Source of the DNA: Candidatus Methanoperedenaceae archaeon
GTDB lineage: Archaea; Halobacteriota; Methanosarcinia; Methanosarcinales; Methanoperedenaceae
Direction of reading: 5' to 3'
Assembly (NCBI GenBank): GCA_963753595.1
Contig: CAVWCX010000033.1
Coordinates: 1-64,000 of the forward strand
Length of the DNA: 64,000 nt
In this document: positions 33,730 to 47,686 of the stretch, one piece after another
Numbering within the stretch: position 1 is the stretch's first letter
How the letters are laid out: each line of letters begins with the position of its first letter
The notes under the pieces: model-generated
Seen by the model: the letters and a program-made list of their open reading frames with translations, nothing else
The model's database searches: none
Told to the model about the DNA's origin: nothing
Program-made: the position numbers and the translations under genes

Positions 33730-34129
33730 AAAATTTCAACACTTCCTAATATCGCATCAACCAAAACCTTATCGCCATTTTTTATTAAATTAACAGGATT
33801 TTGTTCAAGATTGTCAACAAGCGGGATATCCGAGATTATAGCGCCCACTGCAACAATCGGCTCAGTCCTTATATTTATCATAGCCATTGGAGCAGCGCCA
33901 TTTTTTTTTGGCTGGTAAATTGAATAAGAGCCAACCGTTGAGCCTTTACCCCCGGGAATACAAGCACTTTTCCCTTGATGCTCAAACCAAAAAGCTCATG
34001 CCCATTTTCAACAACGATACCGGTTTTTACATCAATGCTGCCAAGGAAAGAGATGGGTTGTTTGCTCACAAGTGCATCCCCCTGTGCTTTCCCCCTCGAA
34101 ACAATATGTGCTTTGAGCTTTGTGGTCAT
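33726..34129 (-). CDS. DUF126 aconitase X swivel subunit (phosphomevalonate dehydratase small subunit), one indel near 33950
   Basis: G.AQGDALVS..PISFLG.ID..TG...HEL.G.SI.GKVLVFP; GSTVGSY, PIVAVGAIISDIPLVD in the shifted frame. Confidence 0.85.
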
Positions 34130-34926
34130 TTGACCCCCAGCATTCTTATGATCTTTTCATGAAGTTCGCTGTTTTTTGTCCCCGCAATGGATAAACCTGT
34201 CACCTGGACATTATCTGCCAAATTCTTACCTTTAAGATCTGTCAGAAGCCCCGCTGATTCTTTCAATATCAAAGCAGATGCCATGATATAATAACCGCTC
34301 ACAAGTCCCCGTGTATCGATAAGTCCGTCGAGTGTCCCATCGGCAACAAAACACATATCAAGCGCAATACTTCCAAGAGCCCGAACTATAATTGATCTTT
34401 CAAGTTCTATCAAACCTTCGGGTACATGAGGAACGCCATAAGAATAAACTGACACGACTCGTTTTGGCCGTGTGCCCCGCTTTTTTCCTGCAAGTTGTTT
34501 TTCATTTAAGAAAGCGCCTTTTCCCTTTTCTGCACAATATGTATTCCCGTTGATATCGCATATCACTGCCATGCTGATATCATCAAAGGTTGCGATTTCC
34601 GTTTTATCAGTATAAGCAAGAGACGTGCAGAAAAATGGTATGCCGCAAGTTGCATTCGTAGAGCCGTCAATAGGGTCGACCACAAGCATGAAATCGGGAT
34701 GCTTGCCAACAACGCGGTCGCCAAGCTCCTCAGAAATGATTCTTGCAGAAAGTCCTCTTGTCAAAAGAGCTGTATCAAGCGCGTTCTCAGCAGCCATGTC
34801 CATCTTGCGTGTGATATCTTTGGGACGCTGCACGAGCATTTCGCCATAATCCTCATTTTTCTCGATAAAAGAGCTGATTACATCACGTATCTCAACACCG
34901 ATCTCAACTAAGGTCTCAATTTCCAT
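34126..34926 (-). CDS. Inositol monophosphatase / FBPase family phosphatase
   Basis: D.AAE, IISEE, VDPIDGSTN, RALGSIAL...VADG. Confidence 0.9.
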   Translation of the reverse strand: MEIETLVEIGVEIRDVISSFIEKNEDYGEMLVQRPKDITRKMDMAAENALDTALLTRGLSARIISEELGDRVVGKHPDFMLVVDPIDGSTNATCGIPFFCTSLAYTDKTEIATFDDISMAVICDINGNTYCAEKGKGAFLNEKQLAGKKRGTRPKRVVSVYSYGVPHVPEGLIELERSIIVRALGSIALDMCFVADGTLDGLIDTRGLVSGYYIMASALILKESAGLLTDLKGKNLADNVQVTGLSIAGTKNSELHEKIIRMLGVK

Positions 34927-35476
34927 TCATTCTGTCCCCAAAAAAGTTAATAATAGCATCTGCTGAGAGATTTGCACTCGTATCAGGCTTGGTTTTGTCG
35001 CTGTCGATCACGATAATTGGATCAACGGGTTCCTCATAAGCAACATTTACACCAGGAACATTGGCGCCCGCCTGCGCTGATTTCTCATATATCCCTTTTG
35101 GTGAAAAAACGGCTCTCCTGTGGGCTTCACGTTCCATGCAAACTTCAAGAGGGCAGCGGATGAACACTTCACCGAATAACGGGATAAGTCTTCGTGCTGC
35201 ATCGCGATACTTTCTTTTGTTAGCCGTAGCATCAATAAAAACATTCACATCGCATTCAGTCACGAGTTTTGCCATATAAGCAAGAGATGCATATACGATT
35301 TCCCGTTCATCATCCGTATATTTCGGATTCGGGGTAAGAACCTTTCTTATCTCATCAAGCTGGAGGATCTTTACATCAATACCTTCGTTTATGAGAATAG
35401 CAGCGGTTCTGGAGGCTATCACTGTTTTACCGCTTCCGGGAAGCCCTGTGAACCATACTGCAAAAGCCATTTTCAT
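34916..35476 (-). CDS. cysC: Adenylyl-sulfate kinase family P-loop kinase
   Basis: WFTGLPGSGKT, LDEIR, CPLEVCMER, KGIY, PGV...YEEP. Confidence 0.82.
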   Translation of the reverse strand: MKMAFAVWFTGLPGSGKTVIASRTAAILINEGIDVKILQLDEIRKVLTPNPKYTDDEREIVYASLAYMAKLVTECDVNVFIDATANKRKYRDAARRLIPLFGEVFIRCPLEVCMEREAHRRAVFSPKGIYEKSAQAGANVPGVNVAYEEPVDPIIVIDSDKTKPDTSANLSADAIINFFGDRMNGN

Positions 35477-35478
35477 CC

Positions 35479-36555
35479 CTACAAATAAGAATTCACATTC
35501 TTATAATCAAATTCCTCGCTATCCAGGATATTATTTATAAAATTAAATCTGTTTTTCCGGACATCTGGATCAAGATTAGGATACCATATCGGGCTTGCCA
35601 CAACCACGGACCTGAAGACATAAAATGGCTGGATAACCTTTAAGAGCTCCAGATCACCTGTTTTTTCAAGGTAATTATTAAAGAACAACTCATACATTTC
35701 CTTAAATGGCCTTTAAGTGCACCGATTTCTGGAGAATAAGAACAGGTAGTTAATGGTGATTCAGGAAACATCATCTGCCGCCTCACCCCATTCCCCTCTG
35801 CCCCTGTCAAGCCCCGTAAAATCAGCAGCTCACGGAACATTATGTTCCAATGATGGAAATCGCCATGTGTCATGCACAGGCGCGGTGTATTTCCTTTAAT
35901 TTTTATAACGCCAGTAAACGCATTTTTTTTCGATAGTGCGAGGTCATCCTGGCTCACAAAATCAAGATTATCAGGATAGCTGTCAATAAATCCCATAATG
36001 CACTCACCATGTCCTACAAGATCCCTGATCTTGCGGAAATACAAATCACGGTTATCGTGTTTGTTTGCATGTATCTGGGCAAGATACGATGATAGGGCTA
36101 GCGCTCTGTTCCGCTCAAGAGATGTGAGTAAGATGTCTATTTTTACCTTTTTTCAAGGTCAATGAAATACTCTTTCCCTTTGTTCTTTTCCATTAAAATA
36201 AAATATTCTTCAAGTTTGCCGGATGAATAAAGCTCCCCACCGTGCGTTAAATAACTCACATCAAGCGATTTGACATGCTCCGGCAGGTTGTTAAGATCGA
36301 ATTCCGCCATATCAGGATTTCGCCCTTTCGGAAAATGGTCGTGCCCGAAACCTTCCTGGACTCGCATCGAGGAAAGCACTACCCAATGCGCTTTCCCTCC
36401 TGCTTCAAATTCAATCAGGTATGGCTTGCCATACCCGAAACCTTTTATTCCTTCCTCATCCTCAACAGGAATTCCGCCAGCTTACTGATCTCGGTGACTT
36501 TTGAGCTCCCGTAGAGCCCTTTCAGATAATTTTCATCCGCTTTGACTGAATTGGT

Positions 36556-36559
<4 letters not shown>
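35479..36559 (-). CDS. Aminoglycoside phosphotransferase/kinase-like protein (several indels)
   Basis: KGFGYGKP, FGHDH, LAQIH, RKIRDLVGHGECIMG, HGDFH.WNI, R.VVVASP.WYP across frames. Confidence 0.72.
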
Positions 36560-37788
<1,229 letters not shown>

Positions 37789-37939
37789 TGAAATCCCTTT
37801 ATTTAATTCTTAAAATGGATGCTAAATGTTTTAGATGGTTATTAAAGTTGTTGGTTTTTTATACAAATATTAAATTTTTTATAAAATATATAAAAATAAT
37901 TATTAAATTTGTTTATAACTGTAATAACAAAATATCAGA

Positions 37940-38045
37940 TGCGGCTGCCGGGATTTGAACCCGGGTTAGAGGCTGTTTCCTGATCTTTGCTATTCATGCA
38001 AAAGTTCTTGGGAAGCCCCTGTCATAGCCACTAGACCACAACCGC
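37940..38045 (-). tRNA. tRNA-Gly(CCC) with a 34-nt intron at the canonical 37/38 position (37975-38008)
   Basis: GCGGTTG acceptor, GGGGC-TTCCCA^A-GCCTC anticodon arm, CCGGG-TTCAAAT-CCCGG T-arm; intron GGAA pairs with TTCC in a relaxed BHB motif. Confidence 0.93.
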
Positions 38046-38177
38046 ATTATGAACCGATTTGTCAGATAATGATTCAAGCCTAATACAGTGTTATTGTTTA
38101 TTTATCTTTTTGTCATCCAACAATTTCGGGTCATACCTGCCTGTGATCTTAACCATTTGTCAATAATTTCATCAAGT

Positions 38178-39079
38178 TTACCTGGATTTTTTCTTCGGCC
38201 TGGTTTTCCTGATAGCATCAACTTTTAATCTTAATTCCTGCTGTAAATCCTCTTTTACCTCCCCTGAATAAAGGTCCATACCTCGAAGCAAGCGATATTT
38301 TCGCGGCAAGGACTCTTGCGATCTTCCCGCGCTGCCATTTTGGAGCGGTATTAATAAGAGGATGCCTGAAAATCACACCATGTTTCGGTGATGGGGCTTT
38401 ACCTTTCAAATGCTTGAAAAGCGCATTATTCGCCCCTATGACCTGTATCGTGCTTGATGGCATGAAAGCCAGCTTTTCAAGGCCCCCCGCAATACTCAAC
38501 AGGCGCGCACCGAGTATATGTCCTGTAATACCGGTTACATTTGGCGCTATCAGCGGCATGTTTTCTTTCAGGTATTCTTCTATACGGTCTCGCGTTCCAT
38601 ACAATACCAGAAGACTTGAAGAAAAGCTTTGCATTATTTTCAGGTCAGCGCCCGGTTCGTCCATACCAATAATTTTCATGGCAAGCTCTTCACCTTTCAA
38701 AATGGTATCCTCAAAATTCATGATGTACCATTCCCTGAGCCTTTCTGACAGGACATTACCGGTCTCATTGAGGTCATCGATAGCTTCCACAGCCGCTATG
38801 ATCCGCTTGTCGGGTGTCACGGTTTGCGCGACCTGTTCTTTTGCAAGCATTATTTCGAGTTCATGGAGCAATCTGTCATATTCATCGTTCGAACCTGCAA
38901 AACCATATTTTATTGCCAGGTCGCAAAGGTCTGAACCTGCAACATTTCCTCTTAACAGCAGTGGTTCCTGAAGGAGTCGTCTGGTTATAACAGAAAGGTC
39001 TTTCAGGAAAATTTCAACATTTATGATCGTATCATTTTCCACTGAGAAAAGCCCCTAAAATACATTTACGAATTCGCAT
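38178..39079 (-). CDS. nop5: Box C/D RNP protein Nop5/Nop56 (indels near both ends)
   Basis: AIDDL..GNVLSERLREWY, APN....G..LGARLL..AGGL..LA.MPSSTIQVIGA..ALF.HL, PKHGVIF, RGKIAR. Confidence 0.92.
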
Positions 39080-39199
39080 GGGCTTATCTTTTCCCGAAAG
39101 TACTAAAATCCTTTACTCTTTTTTAGACCGAAAAAGATTTTAATCCGGAACAATTAACCAAAATTATTATCTTTGCCGTAGACAATAAACTGGCAGTAA

Positions 39200-39682
39200 A
39201 TGACTCGAAAAAATCAATATTATATCGGGAAAAGCCTGGAAGTTCGGTGACAACGTCGACACTGATGTTATAATTCCCGGTAAATACCTTCGCACGACTG
39301 ATATGAGCGTGTTCGCATCCCATGTAATGGAAGGGATCGACCCTGATTTTCCCAGAAAGTCCGGAAAGGGGACATAATCGTTGCGGGAAAGAATTTCGGA
39401 TGCGGCTCATCCAGGGAACAGGCTCCCCTTGCCTTGAAACATGCCGGAATCGCATGCATCGTCGCAGAATCATTCGCCCGGATATTTTTCAGGAATGCAA
39501 TCAATGTGGGACTGCCGATCATTGAAGCCAGGATCGATTGCAAAGAGGGGGATAATATCGAGATCGACCTTGAGAACGGGATTGTAAAAATAATGAAAAA
39601 ACATACCCTGCTACAAAACTTCCGGATTTCCTCCGGGAGATACTTGCTGATGGCGGGCTTGTTGAACACCGGAAAAAGGTGA
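39200..39682 (+). CDS. leuD: 3-isopropylmalate/homoaconitate dehydratase small subunit (indels)
   Basis: [51 protein letters not shown]. Confidence 0.88.
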
Positions 39683-39686
39683 ATCC

Positions 39687-40553
39687 TTGATATTTCCGGC
39701 GGATTATAAAAGCGTGGGCATGACCAGGACAGACCCAACAGGAAGGATCGGCGGCCCGATATATTTTACTACAGAATACCTGATCGCAGAACTTCCATCA
39801 GGGTATGAGATATATAAGGTAAAAAGCGAAGGGGAAGGGCTGTTAAGAAAACTTGTCTCACTTGAGTTGATAGCTAAAGGAAAACAGATAACGAAATTTA
39901 AAGAAAAACTTGATTCCCATGACAGGACAAGGCTTATCGAATCCGCTCTTACGTTATGCAAAGGTGACATAAATACTGTTATTTTTGAAGGCATGGACAG
40001 GCATACGACATTTATCCAGGATCCAAGCCTGCATGAGGTAATGGAGATAGAGATAATTGATATTGCGCCCCCTGAGCCCCCATGGCTTGACTTTGCCATC
40101 CAGAGGCTGGTAAGAAGCGGTATACTGGGGGAATTGAATATTCGTTTTTCAACAAAACTAATTGACCTTCGCCAGTTCGAAGGTGAAAAAGTGGTATTTC
40201 CATGCCATGCTTCGGAACTCAAAGGAAAATATCTTGATACGGATACCGACATAGAGGATAATTCCACACTCGTGGGATGCGACATTTCAAAGCAGATCTT
40301 TGAGCTTCGCTTTCCTGATCTGACATATAAGCATATCAACATGTGTCCGCTTAAGACAGAGCTTTACCTTCCAACCAGGCCTTTTATCACAAGATGCTGC
40401 CAGAGCAAGAAATCAGGAATGGTGAACCTCAATGGCATTGATGGGGCTGTTGTTCACTGGGGCGCATCCGAATACGATATCGTGGATGCGATCCGGATGC
40501 TGGTAAAAGTTTTGAAAGGAAATCTTGAAAATAATAAAATAGGTTTAAAATGA
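39687..40553 (+). CDS. Conserved hypothetical protein with Cys motifs
   Basis: 288-aa intact ORF inside the leuD-leuB operon; FPC, VGCDIS, MCP, RCC, VVHWGA. Confidence 0.8.
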   Translation: MIFPADYKSVGMTRTDPTGRIGGPIYFTTEYLIAELPSGYEIYKVKSEGEGLLRKLVSLELIAKGKQITKFKEKLDSHDRTRLIESALTLCKGDINTVIFEGMDRHTTFIQDPSLHEVMEIEIIDIAPPEPPWLDFAIQRLVRSGILGELNIRFSTKLIDLRQFEGEKVVFPCHASELKGKYLDTDTDIEDNSTLVGCDISKQIFELRFPDLTYKHINMCPLKTELYLPTRPFITRCCQSKKSGMVNLNGIDGAVVHWGASEYDIVDAIRMLVKVLKGNLENNKIGLK

Positions 40554-41527
40554 AGATCGCTGTAGTTCCCGGTGATGGTATCGGAAAGGAAGTCATGCCT
40601 GCGGCACTGTCAGTACTTGATGCATTTGGTCTTGAAATAGAGAAAGTGCCTCTTGAGATCGGTTATGGCAAGTGGGAAAAAACAGGAAGCGCCATCACGG
40701 ATGATGATATTGCGCTCATAAGGGAATGCGATTGCGTACTGTTCGGGCTATTACAACTCCTCCTGACCCCAATTATAAGAGTGTTCTTGTGCGACTTCGC
40801 AAAGAACTTGACCTTTATGCCAATATCCGCCCTTTTAAGCCGCTCAGGAATGTAAACCTGCCCTGCACAGGAAAATTTGATTTTGTCATTGTGAGGGAAA
40901 ATACCGAAGGCATGTACTCAGGAGTCGAGGAATTGCATGAGGATGCGGCATACACCACGAGAATCGTTACAAGGAAAGGAAGCGAGAGGATCGCAAAGCG
41001 CTGCTCGCTTGCAAAAAAAAGAAAAGGACACCTGACGATCGTTCATAAAGCAAATGTATTGAAATCCGACTCTTTTTTCCGTGATGTCTGTACCGGTGTT
41101 GCAAAGAAAAACAATGTATCATATAGTGAAATGCTTGTGGATGCCATGGCGTATGATATGATACTGCATCCTGGAAAATACGATGTGATAGTGACCACGA
41201 ATCTTTTCGGGGATATTCTCAGCGATGAAGCTGCGGCCATTACAGGCGGATTGGGTCTATGCCCCAGTGCCAACATCGGGGATAAATATGCACTTTTCGA
41301 ACCCATCCATGGGAGCGCCCCGGATATTGCAGGAAAAGGGATCGCTAACCCGATAGCTGCCATACTGAGCGTCAAGATGATGCTTGAATGGGCGGGAAAA
41401 ACAGAAGAGGCAAAGGTCAATAGATAAAGCTGTTGACAGTGTTCTTACACAGCACATCACCACGCCGGATCTTGGGGGCAGATATTCCACACGGGATGTG
41501 GGAGAAGCTATTGCCCGATTAGTTTAA
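40550..41527 (+). CDS. leuB: Isopropylmalate/homoisocitrate dehydrogenase family protein (indels)
   Basis: VVPGDGIGKEV, LRKELDLYANIRP, VRENTEGMY, VHKANVL, NLFGDILSD, FEPIHGSAPDIAGKGIANP, TTPDLGG. Confidence 0.85.
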
Positions 41528-41773
41528 GCTTTAAGTAAATCTTTTTTGGCGGGGATTCTAAGGCAGGATAATATAGATAGTATTATTACTTAAACGGGAA
41601 ATTTACATTCGAATATAAGGGGAAATATGGTATGGAATATATTGTCAATTTACAATTAAAGGCAAGAAAGAAAATCATCGGGTTTATCGACCTGATGGTG
41701 CCCCCGTATCGCCAATTGAACCATGACAAGATGAGATTATATAATAAAGCCATGAAAGTTTTGTGCGGGAAAA

Positions 41774-44700
41774 ATGAAAGAAAAAACGAAAAAACAGCTG
41801 CTTGATGAACTTGAGGCTGTAAAAGAACGTCTGATCCGACTTGAAAACGCTGACATTGAACGGCAGAAAGTAATTGAAGCCCTTAGTGAATCAGAGGCGA
41901 AATATCGTTTATTATTTGATGTGGCTCCTGTCGGGATAGGAATAGCTGACCTTAATGGAAAAATAATTGATGCCAATAAAAGCATGCAGGAGATGGGCGG
42001 CTATTCCCTTGAGGAGTACAGGGCAATTGGTGTTGGAGCCACCTATGCGGATCCTGAAGAACGAAAGCTTTTACTAAAATCCTTAAGAGAAAAAGGCAAT
42101 GTGAGGGACTGGGAAAGCAGGTTAAAACGAAAAGATGGATCAGAATATTATGCACTGCTCAATGCAGATATTATGGAACTTGGGGGGCAAAGTTACTCCT
42201 TGCTATCATAAGGGATATTTCGCAAAGTAAACGAAATGAAGTGGCATTAAATGGTGCTCTTGCAAAAGCGCAGGAAGAAAAAAATAAATCCGAAGCTATC
42301 ATTTCAGCATTAGGTGATGGTATAATTATCCAGGATACTGATTATAAAATAATATCCAGAACCAGGTCCAGAATGAAATATATGGGGACAAGACGGGTGA
42401 GCTTTGTTATAAAGCATACGAGGGGAGAGATCAGATATGCGAAGATTGCCCGGTTGAAAGAACCTTCAGGGATGGAAAGATCCACAGGTCGGAAAAACGA
42501 GTTGCCACAGATAAGGGAAATCTTTATTTTGAACTTACTTCATCGCCTTTAAGAGATTCTAACGGGAACATCATAGCAGGAATAAAGGTAGTCAGGGAAA
42601 TAACAGCACAAAAGCGCCTGGAACATACCCTGCGCGAAAGCGAGGAGAAATATCGCCGGCTTATCGAGACATTGAAGGAAGGTATCTGGGTACTTGACAA
42701 AAATGCGAACACTACTTTTGTAAATCCAAGTATGGCACAGATGCTCGGGTTTACTGTCGATGAGATGCTGGGAAAGCATTTGTTTTCATTTATGGATGAA
42801 AAGGGGATGGAAATTGCAACGCGCTACCTGGAAAGACGTCAGCAAGGAGTCAAAGAACATCATGATTTTGAATTTATCCGAAAAGACGGAACAAGGATAT
42901 ATACAAGTTTAGAAACATCCCTCATTATTGATGAGAACGGAAAATATTCCGGAGCGGTTGCGGCAATAGCATACATCACCCAGCGAAAGCGTGATGAAAA
43001 TGAAAAGAACCGGCTTCTTAAAGCTATAGCCAGCAGTACCGACGGCATTACCATATGCGATGAAAAAGACAGGTATATCGATGTAAATGCAGCTATGCAA
43101 GAATATACGGCTATTCCAGGAAGATTTTATTGGGGAGACCTGGCGGAAAGTCACCCCTTCTGATTTAATACCTGGAGTTGAAAAAGGTTTAGAAGATACG
43201 TTGTATAATAAGGATACGTGGGGTATTCGAAGGAGAATTCCCGGGCTCAGGATAGATGGCAGGACAGTTCCTACGGAAGTCATGGCCACGAGTATCTGGG
43301 ATGAGAACGGAAATTACAGTGGACATATATGTATCGTCGGGATATTACTGAGCGAAAACGTGCGAAGGAAGCGCTTCGTGAGGGAGAACGATTCCTGGAA
43401 AGCATTTTTGCAAGTATCCAGGACGGGATCGGGATAATCGATAGGGATATGAACATTATCGGTGTAAACAAGACCGCTGAAAGCTGGTATCCGCATGCTG
43501 TGCCGTTTATTGGAAAGAAATGCTATGAAGCATATCACAAAAGAAAAAAGCGATGTGAGAAATGTCCTGCATGGGAAACACTCAAAACCGGTAAATCAGC
43601 TTATAAGTAGTTCCCAAACACGGCCCCGAAGGAAAAGAAATAGGATGGATAGAAATATACAGTTACCCTCTAAAAGATACAACAACTGGCAGATGAAAGG
43701 GGTAATAGAATATGTGCGGGACATCACCGAACGCAAGCGTATGGAGGAAAAACTAAAGCAATCCGAAGAGAAATACAGCCTTCTGGTTGAAGATATCCAT
43801 GACGGAGTGTTTGTTATACAGGATGAAAAAATATCTTTGCTAACAGGGATTGCGGGATACTTGGATATAGTATTGAAGAGATTATTGGATCTGATGTGTA
43901 TAACTTTGATGACAGGGAAGATCTTGAAATGGTCAAGGATCGTTATTACAGGAGGCAGAAAGGGGAAAAGGTACCCAAAGAATACGAATTCAATGCCCTG
44001 CGCAAAAAGGGGGAAAGACTGTAGTCAATATGGATAAGGAGATTGTAACTTATGGTGTCAGGGTTGCCAGCATGGGCATACTCAGGGATATCACAGAAAA
44101 AGCGTCAGGAAGATTCGTTGAGACTTTTTTCAGAAACGGTTAAAAATGCACCCGATGGGGTCCAGATCGTAGACATGGATGGAAAGATAATTTATTCCAA
44201 CAAGGCAGTGGAAAAAATATTTGGCTTTACAAATGACGAGCTGATAGGGAAAAATGTGGGGGAAATGAATGTTGATCCTGAAATTGCAGGAAAAGTAATA
44301 TTACCGGGAATTTTAGAAACGGGCCGCTGGACCGGGGAACTAATAGTAAGACATAAAGATGGGCATAAATTCCCGATATGGCTAAAAACATCCATTGTAA
44401 AAGATGAAACAGGCATTCCAATAGCCATGGTGGGTATTATCAGGGACATAACGGAGCGAAAGAAGGTGGAAAAGGCGCTGCTTGAAAGTGAGATCACGTT
44501 ATCGGACCTTGTTTGAAACCGCCGCCGATGCCATTTTTATTCTGGAGGCTGAGGGAGAAAAGGGCGGATATGGAAGCAAATAGAACAGCAGCCAAAATGC
44601 ATGGATATTCGATGAAGAGCTACTGGCAATGAAAATAGATGACCTTGACCCACGGAATCATTCCGCGATTTCCGGGATTTTATAAACCGAATATTAAACG

Positions 44701-45545
44701 GTGAAACCATAAAAGCAGAATTGGACCATCGAAGGAAAGATGGAACTATTTTCCCGGTTGAGATCAGCGCAGGATTATTAGAACTTGGCGGTCATAAATA
44801 TATCCTTGCTTTTGACAGGGACATCACAGAACGCAAAAATGCTGAAGAAGCCATAAGGAAATACAATCTGAAACTTGAAGAATCCAATCGCATGAAGGAG
44901 CTCTTCACAGATATAATGCATCATGACCTCTTGAATCCCCTGAATGTAGCAAACGGATATGTTGAACTTTTCCTTGATGATGAAACTAATCCCCGGAAGA
45001 AATCATACCTGGAAACCATCAAACGAAATCTCGTCAAGGGAATGGAGCTAATTGATAACGCCACGAAGTTTTCAAAACTTGAGAGTATGGATTATATTGA
45101 ATTTGAGGATCTGGATTTGAAAATCGTAATCGGGGAGGCAATTGCAAATCTTATTCCTCTTGCCGTCAGTGCCGGAACGACTATTGAGAACAAACTTAAA
45201 GGCAGCATGCCGGCAAGGGCTAATAAAATAATCGAAGATATTTTCATAAACATTATTTCAAATGCAATAAAGTATGCCCCTGAGGGAAAAAGGATAGTCG
45301 TGGATGGTAAAGTCAGCGGAAAATCCTGGTCTATCAGGGTAAAAGATTTCGGGGCAGGAATAAAAGATGCGCAAAAGACACTGATCTTTGAGAGATTCCA
45401 CAGGGAAGAAAAGAAAGGTGTAAAAGGTTCAGGATTAGGTCTTGCAATAGCCGGGAAAATCGTTGAACTTCATAAAGGAAGGATAATGGTTGAGGATAAT
45501 CCTGAAGGTGGGGCTGTTTTTGTTGTGAAGATACCAAAATCATAG
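41774..45545 (+). CDS. Cytoplasmic multi-PAS (about 8) sensor histidine kinase (many indels)
   Basis: Repeated PAS/PAC ends RKDG...RDITERK; H-box MHHDLLNPLN; NAIKY, DFGAGI, FERF, GSGLGLAI. Confidence 0.88.
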
Positions 45546-45591
45546 ATATATTTTATAAAGACTTATTTCATAAGAACTCATTATCACAGTC

Positions 45592-46509
45592 ATGCTTGCA
45601 GTTAAGGCCAAAGAGATATACAAATATTATAAAAGTCAGGATGGAAAAAAGGAAGTCCTGAAGAACGTTTCCATAGATATCAAAGAGGGGGAGATCTTTG
45701 GCATCCTTGGGCCGAACGGGGCTGGTAAAACCACGCTCATATCCATACTTTCAACGTTATCGATACCGGATGCCGGAAAAGTGGAAATTTTCGGGATAGA
45801 TGCATTAAAAGATCCCAACAGCGTAAAATGCATTGTGAATATCAGCAGCGGAAACCCAAATTTCCCGTGGAGCCTCACGGTTTATGAAAATCTCAAATAT
45901 TTTGCATTGCTCTATGGATTGGAAAACAGGGAACGATCCATAAATAATGCAATTGGCATGCTCGAACTTGAGAAGTTCAGGAATACCCGGTTTGATTCGC
46001 TTTCAACAGGCACCAAGCAGCGTCTTTCCCTTGCAAAAGCTCTCCTTAATGAACCACGCCTCCTGTTCCTCGATGAACCTACGGTGGGTCTTGACCCTGA
46101 TATGGCTATCAAGATACGCAAATTAATAAAAAAAATACATGACGAAAAAGGGATAACTATTGTCCTGACTACCCATTATATGAAGGAGGCTGAACAGCTG
46201 TGCGAACGCATTGCTTTTATCAAGAATGGCGAGGTGATCGCAAATGCCGCACCTGGTGAGCTAAAGAGGCAAATGAAACTGGGCGAGACTATAACGATAG
46301 AGTACAAAGGGAAGTTTGATGATTCCCGGTTAAAGGATATTCCAGGGGTCCTGGATATCCTGTATGAGAACGGAAAAATAAAGATAGTGGCGGAGAATGT
46401 CGAATTTATTATAGATAATGTGATGAAGAAGTTCTGTGATGTTCATATCAAGAATATTGAGATTGCTCAACCAAATCTTGAGGATGTGTTCCTGAAACTT
46501 GCTCATTGA
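45592..46509 (+). CDS. ABC-2 type transporter ATP-binding protein
   Basis: GPNGAGKTT, LSTGTKQR, FLDEPTVGLDP, TTHYM. Confidence 0.93.
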   Translation: MLAVKAKEIYKYYKSQDGKKEVLKNVSIDIKEGEIFGILGPNGAGKTTLISILSTLSIPDAGKVEIFGIDALKDPNSVKCIVNISSGNPNFPWSLTVYENLKYFALLYGLENRERSINNAIGMLELEKFRNTRFDSLSTGTKQRLSLAKALLNEPRLLFLDEPTVGLDPDMAIKIRKLIKKIHDEKGITIVLTTHYMKEAEQLCERIAFIKNGEVIANAAPGELKRQMKLGETITIEYKGKFDDSRLKDIPGVLDILYENGKIKIVAENVEFIIDNVMKKFCDVHIKNIEIAQPNLEDVFLKLAH

Positions 46510-47005
46510 ATAAATATATATCTTAACTTATCTTTATGATTTTCCATTATATCGTAAAGATAACTTTATGATATTTAATAAATCGACGGTCAAAACGGAG
46601 ATAATCGCTTTTTTTTCCTATATATAGTATGTGGGATATAGTTGGACTATATGGCAAACACATTAGAAAAATTAATTTGCGTAACAAAATCGAGATTGAC
46701 ATTATTAAAATTAAAAGCAACACGGAGATAAAATAATGCCCCGCTATAATTCATTCCTGAATATCCCTGAGCGCCAGCCTTTAATTTTTTCTGCGGGATT
46801 TTACTGCAACCAATGCGGTGCAAAGATCAAAGTGTGCCGGGTTGCCAATTGCACATATATAAATAAGTGCAAAACTGCAAGCGATGGGGAAAACCTGTTA
46901 TAAGTTATCCCATATTCAAAATCTACTGGACAGGGATCGTTATCATTTTAGGACTTTTAATTTTCCAAATCATTTATTTAAATAAAAGACATTTTAGCCC
47001 CCATC

Positions 47006-47686
47006 ATGAAAAATCTTACTCAAAATCCCAAGCAGGCAACCGGAGAACAGGCGGCACAGCTTGTAAAAAACAATATGGTAGTGGGACTTGGCACGGGCTC
47101 CACAACTGCTTATGCGATAAAAGAACTGGGAAGGCGGGTCGCAGACGGCTTAAATATCCTTGGTGTTCCCACATCCTACCAGTCAGCATTTTTAGCCGCC
47201 GAGAATGGCATCCCGCTGACTACGCTTGATGAGCATCCTGTGCTGGATATTGATATTGACGGCGCGGACCAGGTAGCGAATTTCATAGCGATAAAAGGCG
47301 GAGGTGCGGCGCATACGCGGGAAAAGATCGTTGCTGAATCCGCACAAAAGTTCGTTGTGGTCGTAGATGAATCAAAAATGGCTGAGGTATTAAGTCATCC
47401 GGTTCCCCTTGAAGTCATACCAAGTGCGCGTAAGCTTGTTGAGAAAAATGTGGCAAAACTCGGCGGGAAAACAGAAGTGCGAATGGGCGTTAGTAAGGAC
47501 GGGCCCGTCATCTCGGATAACGGGAATTTCATACTTGACGCTGATTTCGGACAAATCGATGACCCTGTATCATTAAATAAAGAGCTTTCATATTGCACAG
47601 GCATCGTGGAACATGGTATATTCACCAATGTTGATGTAATATATATCGGTAAAAAAGACGGGACTGTTGAAATAATAGAGGCTTAG
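47006..47686 (+). CDS. rpiA: Ribose-5-phosphate isomerase A
   Basis: [43 protein letters not shown]. Confidence 0.97.
   Translation: MKNLTQNPKQATGEQAAQLVKNNMVVGLGTGSTTAYAIKELGRRVADGLNILGVPTSYQSAFLAAENGIPLTTLDEHPVLDIDIDGADQVANFIAIKGGGAAHTREKIVAESAQKFVVVVDESKMAEVLSHPVPLEVIPSARKLVEKNVAKLGGKTEVRMGVSKDGPVISDNGNFILDADFGQIDDPVSLNKELSYCTGIVEHGIFTNVDVIYIGKKDGTVEIIEA

Noticed and set aside
41680-41730. Fluoride riboswitch or ribozyme upstream of the histidine kinase
   Set aside because: Only partial resemblance; the required pairing and conserved core cannot be assembled
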